Shown here in pieces: positions 25,482 through 32,000 of a stretch of DNA of 32,000 nucleotides. This DNA comes from Caedibacter taeniospiralis (GTDB taxonomy: Bacteria; Pseudomonadota; Gammaproteobacteria; Francisellales; Francisellaceae). Position 1 is the first letter of the stretch. Each line of letters opens with the position of its first letter. The notes under the pieces are model-generated. The model ran no database searches. It saw only the letters and a list, made by a program, of their open reading frames with translations, and had not been told where the DNA came from. Made by a program: the position numbers and the translations under genes. The stretch is from contig NZ_PGGB02000004.1 in NCBI RefSeq assembly GCF_002803295.2, positions 264 through 32,263 of the forward strand, in the 5' to 3' direction.

Positions 25482-26231
25482 TTAACAACCTTTCGTACTG
25501 CTGATCTGCTCTCTTTCCTGCGCCAATTCATGATTGTCGTGAAATATAAACACATCCTGCTGCAAATCTTCGCGTAACAATAAATCCGATAACTCACGCA
25601 TATATTCCCGACAATTTTTATTTAACGTCTCATTGCGGCTCTTACAACACAGATTTAAGCCTATATTTTCTTCCAACCAATCACCGTTTAACATCTCGCG
25701 CACAATGGCAACCGCATTTTGCAAAGCATATTCCGTTAGCTCAAAGCATAAGACACAAGGACAACTACTATCTAGAGATTGGACAAACGAGGTAATCTGC
25801 TCATTGGTCATTTGACCGTCTTCTGGTATTTCTACTTTCGACGCATTCTCTGCAACCTCACTGTCCCATTTTTTAACCTGCGCATGATTATCTTGCTCTT
25901 GCTTTAATTGTGCTTCAAATATTTCCTGTTTAACTTCATATGCCACACTTAATTGGTGATAAAAACTCTCTATTTCCTCTAGCTTTCGATCCAAGTCTTT
26001 TTGAGTTTCTTCATTCAAAACCTCTTTGTAGCGGTGTGCATGCGCAGATGCCTTCAGGTATTGACGCAGTAATAACAAAAATGCGCCCAGTTTATCCTCT
26101 AGAGATTTAAGTTTTCCTTGCTCTTGCTGTAACTGATTTAAAAAATATAGCAGCGGTTTTTTAAACTCAAACTGTTGCCGTTGCTGCACCAATTGTTGTG
26201 ACACCTGCTTGATTTCCTGCAATACAACCAT
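25482..26231 (-). CDS. Uncharacterised coiled-coil protein, possible T4BSS substrate or accessory factor
   Basis: Gln/Glu-rich helical protein, no TM or signal peptide, 249 aa; polar, Glu-containing C-terminus HNHELAQEREQISSTKGC; lies inside the T4BSS locus. Confidence 0.55.
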   Translation of the reverse strand: MVVLQEIKQVSQQLVQQRQQFEFKKPLLYFLNQLQQEQGKLKSLEDKLGAFLLLLRQYLKASAHAHRYKEVLNEETQKDLDRKLEEIESFYHQLSVAYEVKQEIFEAQLKQEQDNHAQVKKWDSEVAENASKVEIPEDGQMTNEQITSFVQSLDSSCPCVLCFELTEYALQNAVAIVREMLNGDWLEENIGLNLCCKSRNETLNKNCREYMRELSDLLLREDLQQDVFIFHDNHELAQEREQISSTKGC

Positions 26232-26264
26232 AAAATCACCTCACCATTTCCTTATATTAATTAA

Positions 26265-27452
26265 TTAGTTTATTTCTGCCGATATCTCTGTTGGATCAGC
26301 TTGAGTTTGAGGTCCCATATAATAATCACAAAATGTGTTAAGCACCTTTTCATCGCGCTTTGTTATATCAAAAATATCGCTTAATTTCTTGCGCGCGTCT
26401 TCTGAAAACACAAAATTTCCTTGTTCATCTTTTTGCTCAATCATCGGCTTGGCATTGATTAAATAACCTCTTTTAAACCAGTCATCTGCCATTTTTTCAT
26501 ATTTGGGATAATCTAAAAACTCATCATCTTTATTGTTGTCTTTCTTTTTATATATTGGCGCCAATTTGTCAAAAGTAACCTTAGGCGCTCCCCATTGTGG
26601 TCTACTTGGCTTTGTATTTTCTTTTTTCTTGGAGGATGGGCTGGTAGGTTGAGATACAGGTTGATTTTTATTGTCTGCCTGCTGTGTCTTTTGTGTCACA
26701 ATACCTAACATTTGCTTTGCAATTTGGTATTTTTCTTCTGGAGTTTTAGCATCCTTTATCGCATCTACAACACTTGCTTTTAGGTTCGCTTTAGTATTGG
26801 CACGTAGTATATCAGCAGTCTCTAACAAGCGTTTTGAAAACTCCACAGCATCACCATCGGATGTAATATCGGTCGTACCGTCGTTGTTTTGTGTGAACGT
26901 GTACTTCGTTTGACCAGCTGCCAAGGTGTAAATCGTCGTGCTATTTTTGCTATCTTTCTTAAACTTTTTAAGCTCAAACGATTCTCTGGTATTATCTGCC
27001 GCATTTTCTTTTAAACGTGCATTTAAAACCTCAACAAATGATTTAGCTTCCTTTTCTGTGTTGATATGTTTGAAGTGAGTTAGCTTGGCAAAGTTATAAT
27101 TCACATCCTCTTGAAACTCAATTTTATTTTCATCACTTTTCCAGCCATTCCCAAATATCGCTTTAAGTTCAGCTTCCGTCAACTGCAGCTTGACCAGCGT
27201 AAGCGTTTTATTTTCTTCTTTTAATAATTGCTGGCGATTTTTTTTATCTAACCCTGCAATATTAAGTAAATAAGCTTCCTTGTCCTTAAGATTCTGTTGA
27301 ATATAGTTTTTGCCATAAAACTCGGTTGCTTTCACTACATGAATATCATACTTGCCCTCTACCCCTTTTACTTCTACTGCATATACGATAGCATTAGTTT
27401 TATCCATTGGCTTTTGATTTTTCACGGGCTGTACTTTGGAATTGCTTGGCAT
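26265..27452 (-). CDS. Uncharacterised hydrophilic Lys-rich protein, possible T4BSS substrate
   Basis: 395-aa intact ORF; low-complexity linker TQKTQQADNKNQPVSQPTSPSSKKKENTKPSRPQ; no recognised family; lies inside the T4BSS locus. Confidence 0.55.
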   Translation of the reverse strand: MPSNSKVQPVKNQKPMDKTNAIVYAVEVKGVEGKYDIHVVKATEFYGKNYIQQNLKDKEAYLLNIAGLDKKNRQQLLKEENKTLTLVKLQLTEAELKAIFGNGWKSDENKIEFQEDVNYNFAKLTHFKHINTEKEAKSFVEVLNARLKENAADNTRESFELKKFKKDSKNSTTIYTLAAGQTKYTFTQNNDGTTDITSDGDAVEFSKRLLETADILRANTKANLKASVVDAIKDAKTPEEKYQIAKQMLGIVTQKTQQADNKNQPVSQPTSPSSKKKENTKPSRPQWGAPKVTFDKLAPIYKKKDNNKDDEFLDYPKYEKMADDWFKRGYLINAKPMIEQKDEQGNFVFSEDARKKLSDIFDITKRDEKVLNTFCDYYMGPQTQADPTEISAEIN

Positions 27453-27484
27453 AGATATCCTCTTAAATAGTCTTTAACAAATTA

Positions 27485-27781
27485 TTATTTTTTTGGCGTG
27501 TTAGTATTATCCTGCGCATCACCTGAATCAGTATTAAACATATTATCAGGATATGTTTTATTGCGGGCTATTTGGGCTTGGGATATTTGGGCTGGTGTCA
27601 GATTGTGCCAATTATTGCCTGACTGAGCGCTAAGACCATCTTGCACGAGACCAGAAGTACTTTTCAATGTCTCTTGTAATGCAACATAAGCCGCCATATC
27701 TGCTATGATATTGACCTGATATCGCTCATTTTCTTTTGCTGTTAACGCTGAAGCGTTTTTCTTTTCTTTATGTTCACTCAC
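27485..27781 (-). CDS. Small uncharacterised hydrophilic protein
   Basis: 98-aa ORF 33 bp upstream of the 26265-27452 gene, same strand, consistent with an operon. Confidence 0.5.
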   Translation of the reverse strand: MSEHKEKKNASALTAKENERYQVNIIADMAAYVALQETLKSTSGLVQDGLSAQSGNNWHNLTPAQISQAQIARNKTYPDNMFNTDSGDAQDNTNTPKK

Positions 27782-27922
27782 AATTTTCCCCTGGAGCGTT
27801 TTGATTTACTACATCACCATTATAAAAGCATTATGCCAAGGAGACTATAGCATTACCCTAGATTCATCAAATTGTTGAGTTTTTAATTAATCACTACAAT
27901 TATTGTAACCTGTAGTTAATGA

Positions 27923-28729
27923 TTAAAATGTGCCCTCTAAGATGGTACTGACTGAGTCAGTACCCACAGTCACCCAAGGGCAGGAGCTCGTGCCATAACC
28001 TTTGGATTGGCAAATAAAAACAATCGCAGCTTTGTCTTTGATATAGCGTGCTTCGGTACCCATATTGCAAGACAAAGAGCCAGCTTTGATCTCCATGCCG
28101 CTGTCCAATCTTAAACGGCATAAGTCAGGCGAATTTGCAAAGCCTATGCTTAAATAATTATCATCACCCCACTTACTGCATGGATTAGTATAATAGCCAC
28201 CGCCTAAGCGTACTGCATGTTGATCACATGCCGTTATATTAAGACCTCCCAAACCCAATGAAATAAACTTGTAGGGGAAAAAATTTGTTTTCAATTTGAC
28301 AACTACCGTTAACCTTTCAGGATCCCCCCTATCATCAATGCTATCTGAGACAGCCAGCAAATTATCATCTGAATTAGTTGATGAGCTAAATCCATAAACA
28401 CCTGTGCTGGAATGTCGATCCATATTAAAATAGGCTGATGCTTGATACTTTGAAAACTGACTGCTTTGATAAATTACCTGTCCGCTAACACGTGTATCTC
28501 CTCCTGGTCCGCTTGCTGCATTTATTCTAATTGCTGGACTTTTTTTGTTTCCTGCAACACTGGCACTAAAGCCACTACTGTCAAATGAGCCACGAGACAA
28601 GTAGTATGAAACATAGTTTAAATCCCATGGGGTCTGATTATCAATGGTAATATAATAATCTGTTTTTGCAAAAACAATTACAGGTGGTACACAGAGTAAA
28701 GCACCAATCAATTTATTTATTCTTCTCAT
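27923..28729 (-). CDS. Uncharacterised secreted Cys-containing protein
   Basis: Signal peptide MRRINKLIGALLCVPPVIVFA, then a KTDYYITIDNQTPWDLNYVSYYLSRG beta-rich body with several Cys; 268 aa. Confidence 0.6.
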   Translation of the reverse strand: MRRINKLIGALLCVPPVIVFAKTDYYITIDNQTPWDLNYVSYYLSRGSFDSSGFSASVAGNKKSPAIRINAASGPGGDTRVSGQVIYQSSQFSKYQASAYFNMDRHSSTGVYGFSSSTNSDDNLLAVSDSIDDRGDPERLTVVVKLKTNFFPYKFISLGLGGLNITACDQHAVRLGGGYYTNPCSKWGDDNYLSIGFANSPDLCRLRLDSGMEIKAGSLSCNMGTEARYIKDKAAIVFICQSKGYGTSSCPWVTVGTDSVSTILEGTF

Positions 28730-28790
28730 TATTCTTACCTTCCTATTTCGTAATTCTTAAAAAATTTAAACCAATTTGAAGTTTTGCTTT

Positions 28791-31766
28791 TTAATTACTT
28801 GGGTTGTTTGGGTTAACAGGGTTATTAAGGTGCGCGCCATTTCCGCCCTTTCCGCCGCCGCCTTTCTGGCTCTTATGATATTTGTAATTATCCACAGCAC
28901 TGGCAACATGTCCAGCGCTAGATCCGAGGTTTTGCACTCCGTGCATTTGCTCTTGGCGACCTTGATTATGTTTCTCCACCGTTTGTGTACCCGCTTGTGC
29001 CATACCTTGAGCATGTTGCGTGGTTGATGATTTCATCTCCTGCATATCCTGCTCACCAGCACGCTCATTATGCGTGCCACCAACCCAATGGAGGATTTTA
29101 TCAGGCAGAATATAAATCAATGAAAAGCATTTATAAAAAGCCAGGCTAATGAAGCTTGCATACATGAACACCAGCAAAATGTTTAAGGATCCAGTGACAT
29201 AACTGTCACTGGATGTGCCGTAGACATTGCTGATTTGCGTTGCTACGGCATGGAAGCCTTTTGCCGAAATCGCAATCACCAAATAGGTTAAAATAATCCC
29301 CGTAATTAAGCCACATATCATAAGCACTGGTCTTAAGACGAGATTTAACATAATTTGAATCGCGGGCTCCGCTTTACCATACACCTCATGTCCTTCCGGA
29401 TACACAAGTCCCAAAGCAACAACAGGAGCCGCGACTAGTGCTTCAATAATGAGTAACAACCAGGCAATTTTCCCCGCCCAAAATAGAATAAACGGCGTCA
29501 TCGGAATAACAAGGGCAAATAAAACCGCATTGGTAAACAGGGTTACCAACACAAAAAACACCAGTGGTAACCATATTAATGACATGGTTAGATTCGTCAT
29601 TGTGATAAAAGTTGCCAGTTGCGCACCAAAATCGCCAATCGAAGAAATCACACCAGGCAATCCAGGTGTAAAATAACTGAGAGCCGCAGCACCTAATGCT
29701 GCGCTTTTTGATACTCCTTGAATGGTACTCACCTCTATTACAACATCAGTTAACGCTTTATCTGCTTTTTTGGTAATAGCCGTCAAGGTATCCACAACCA
29801 TTTTAATGAGTGACTGCCCCACTCCCTGGACCTGTCTTAATGCTGAAAACGCATTGGTCATCTCGGCACCAGGACTTGCTGACTCGCCAATATTATAAAT
29901 CTGGCTTAAAACTCCACCTGCACTGGCATCAAGACTCATTTTTTGGAAAATACCATCAACAAAGCTCTCGGCAGGAGAGGCAATATCAGCAACGACTGCG
30001 CCTTCATGGAAAAAGCCTACGCTATTTAACTGAAACAGACGAACGAGCGCTAGAAATTGCGTGACATAGCTAAGCTTTGAGGTTGCTGTTGTTCCTGCTT
30101 TACTATTAGTAAGTGCTGTTTGAATCACCAAAAAGTATTTACCAATATCGGATGAAATCGACGAGGGAACAACAGCATCGATTAAATCCTTACAGCTAAA
30201 ACCTTCGATAATATGCTTATCTGGACCAAAAAGAGACTGATATTGCGCTTTACACTTATCATCACCACTGCCATCCTTATTTGCTTCATAAAAAACATCG
30301 ACCATCTGCTGCTTAAGCTGACTAAGATCTAACTGAATAAACTTATCTGTTTGATCTTTTTCGGTAAAATCTGCTAATGGAACCTCTTTTTTGTGCTGAG
30401 GATTTTTCTCATCCTCTGAAGTATCGGGGTAAATGCTGTATTTAAGAGAGTCATTAACCGCATTATCAACCAAACTGTTAAGGCTGTTACGATTTTCCAG
30501 ATACTGTAGCGTCACTCCCACTTTAGAAATGCTGATCTGACTTTGCTGGTTGTTATACAGCAGGTCATCAAAGATCGCAAAAGAAGTGTGAAATGCCTTT
30601 AACACATCTTCAAAATTACCATCTAACTTAAAATACTTTTGATCTGCATTCCACCAATCATTTTCAGGCTTCTCTTTCTCCTCCTCTGTCTTGCTCTTTT
30701 CTGGATCAGGGTTTTTGACTGCTTTCTTTAATTCATTTTGAAATCCTCTAGCAATCGCCTGAGACAAGGTCGCAATGACGTTTGCATCGCCTGGCAAGTG
30801 GCTCGCAATACTCATACTATTGTTATAAATAGCCATAATACTATTGACCATGTCTGGACAAGAACGTGGCTGCGGTCCTTTATCCGTTTGTTCGACATAG
30901 CAGTAAGACCCCAACGCTTGAGATACTTTAGTCTGATCAGGTTCAGCAATAGGTAATCTAAAGACATAATGATTAATAATTTTATAAATATCATATTGGA
31001 CATAGTCATCTTGCTCAATCAGCGACCATTGCCGCATACCCTGTTTAAGGCGCTCAATATTGCCCGTGTTAACCGTGGCTTTACCCTTATCATCTTTGGC
31101 AACATAAATATCGTCTAGCTGCCCTTTATCATCAATTATCTTTCGAATGTTGGTCTCGATTTTCATCGCTGCCTGCACTACAGACATCTGATCCAGCTTA
31201 GGAGTGTCATAGGCATCATATTTATCATTCCCTGCCGATTGTTGAGCCAGCGTTTTCAGCATATCTGCTGAAAATCCAGCTAAAAGGTACAAGGCAATAT
31301 CCGTTTTTACCCCGTCTGCGATATCATAGCTCATCACAGGTGGCACCTTATCTTGATCCAGCATTGCATAGGTACCCTGCCACACATGATTTGCAAACTG
31401 AATACTGACAGATACCATTAAAAAAATCAGATATTGCGCCAGGCAAAAACCTGATTTTAACGGAATAGCAGCAGTTGAGCCCATAATAACCCGCAAAGGG
31501 ATCCAGTAGGAACTCCAGTTCTTACCCAAAAAGGTACCATCTTTTGCCGTGTTAATTGTGCCAATCACCAGGATAAAAGCATAAATGGCAATTACCGCCA
31601 TCAAAATGCCGCCATTAAAATAATAAATCAGCGACCTAAATGCCGCATCTGCCGTCGATCCAGACAAGGCTGCGGATGCTGACGTATTGCTATCGACAGG
31701 CGAAAGCGCAAAAAGCTGATTTAAAACCTGCCAGGCACTCCAGTTCTCGGTTATCCCCGTTGCCAT
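28791..31766 (-). CDS. dotA: DotA (TraY-like) T4BSS integral membrane protein
   Basis: 991 aa; N-terminal GTINTAKDGTFLGKNWSSYWIPLRVIMGSTAAIPLKSGFCLAQYLIF and C-terminal multi-TM block VVALGLVYPEGHEVYGKAEPAIQIMLNLVLRPVLMICGLITG are hallmark DotA/TraY sequences. Confidence 0.95.
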   Translation of the reverse strand: MATGITENWSAWQVLNQLFALSPVDSNTSASAALSGSTADAAFRSLIYYFNGGILMAVIAIYAFILVIGTINTAKDGTFLGKNWSSYWIPLRVIMGSTAAIPLKSGFCLAQYLIFLMVSVSIQFANHVWQGTYAMLDQDKVPPVMSYDIADGVKTDIALYLLAGFSADMLKTLAQQSAGNDKYDAYDTPKLDQMSVVQAAMKIETNIRKIIDDKGQLDDIYVAKDDKGKATVNTGNIERLKQGMRQWSLIEQDDYVQYDIYKIINHYVFRLPIAEPDQTKVSQALGSYCYVEQTDKGPQPRSCPDMVNSIMAIYNNSMSIASHLPGDANVIATLSQAIARGFQNELKKAVKNPDPEKSKTEEEKEKPENDWWNADQKYFKLDGNFEDVLKAFHTSFAIFDDLLYNNQQSQISISKVGVTLQYLENRNSLNSLVDNAVNDSLKYSIYPDTSEDEKNPQHKKEVPLADFTEKDQTDKFIQLDLSQLKQQMVDVFYEANKDGSGDDKCKAQYQSLFGPDKHIIEGFSCKDLIDAVVPSSISSDIGKYFLVIQTALTNSKAGTTATSKLSYVTQFLALVRLFQLNSVGFFHEGAVVADIASPAESFVDGIFQKMSLDASAGGVLSQIYNIGESASPGAEMTNAFSALRQVQGVGQSLIKMVVDTLTAITKKADKALTDVVIEVSTIQGVSKSAALGAAALSYFTPGLPGVISSIGDFGAQLATFITMTNLTMSLIWLPLVFFVLVTLFTNAVLFALVIPMTPFILFWAGKIAWLLLIIEALVAAPVVALGLVYPEGHEVYGKAEPAIQIMLNLVLRPVLMICGLITGIILTYLVIAISAKGFHAVATQISNVYGTSSDSYVTGSLNILLVFMYASFISLAFYKCFSLIYILPDKILHWVGGTHNERAGEQDMQEMKSSTTQHAQGMAQAGTQTVEKHNQGRQEQMHGVQNLGSSAGHVASAVDNYKYHKSQKGGGGKGGNGAHLNNPVNPNNPSN

Positions 31767-32000
31767 TATTTGACTCCTCTCATTAAATCACTAAACCACT
31801 CTTTAAAGGTGCAACCTAATTTCTTCCTTAATAATTGATAGCGCCAAAAATGATATTTAAAGGCATTAGCCAGCAGCAGCAATAAAACTGATATTCCGAC
31901 TAATCCAATTAAGATATACCCCTGAGTAAACAAATACAGTGCATAGAAATAATCAACTGCCGCGAGCAACAAACACATGCGTAATAAAAATGTAAATTTT
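31766..32000 (-). CDS. icmV: IcmV/TraX-like protein, C-terminal part (5' end truncated by the window edge)
   Basis: TM segment, then ANAFKYHFWRYQLLRKKLGCTFKEWFSDLMRG. The frame stays open upstream of the Met at 31978 to the edge. TAATG overlap with dotA. Confidence 0.65.
   Translation of the reverse strand, partial: KFTFLLRMCLLLAAVDYFYALYLFTQGYILIGLVGISVLLLLLANAFKYHFWRYQLLRKKLGCTFKEWFSDLMRGVK

Noticed and set aside
28766-29027. Short ORFs on both strands overlapping the dotA 3' end
   Set aside because: Frame shadows of the dotA C-terminal region.
14419-32000. Integrative conjugative element or plasmid transfer region
   Set aside because: No relaxase, integrase, oriT or replication gene is visible in the window. 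The possibility is left open, since it cannot be decided without flanking sequence.

Overview
The window is a low-GC gammaproteobacterial (Legionella/Coxiella-like) segment with three parts. (1) Positions 1-8715: the C-terminal part of a PD-(D/E)XK/AAA-ATPase-like protein, a compact alternate (CS1/class 5-like) chaperone-usher fimbrial cassette, a periplasmic solute-binding protein, a degenerate BioC-like methyltransferase and an orphan sensor kinase. (2) Positions 9064-14346: a secreted coiled-coil/beta-helix protein with a 10-copy heptanucleotide repeat directly upstream, an outer-membrane barrel protein, and three tandem LuxR-type HTH regulators. (3) Positions 14419-32000, mostly minus strand: a divergent type IVB secretion (Dot/Icm, IncI Tra-like) locus. 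Recognisable or plausible members are IcmV (partial), DotA, IcmC/DotE, IcmD/DotP, DotD, DotC, DotB, IcmT, IcmO/DotL, an IcmS-like small protein, IcmP/DotM and an IcmJ/DotN-like protein. Embedded in this locus are an OmpR-type response regulator, a LuxR-type regulator, a PAS/HTH-like protein, and four uncharacterised proteins between dotA and the regulators that could be substrates or accessory factors. The core-complex genes dotG/icmE, dotH/icmK, icmL/dotI and icmB/dotO are not in the window. Small palindromic MITE/REP-like elements sit between the genes. All product calls come from recalled family motifs and gene context; no database search was run.
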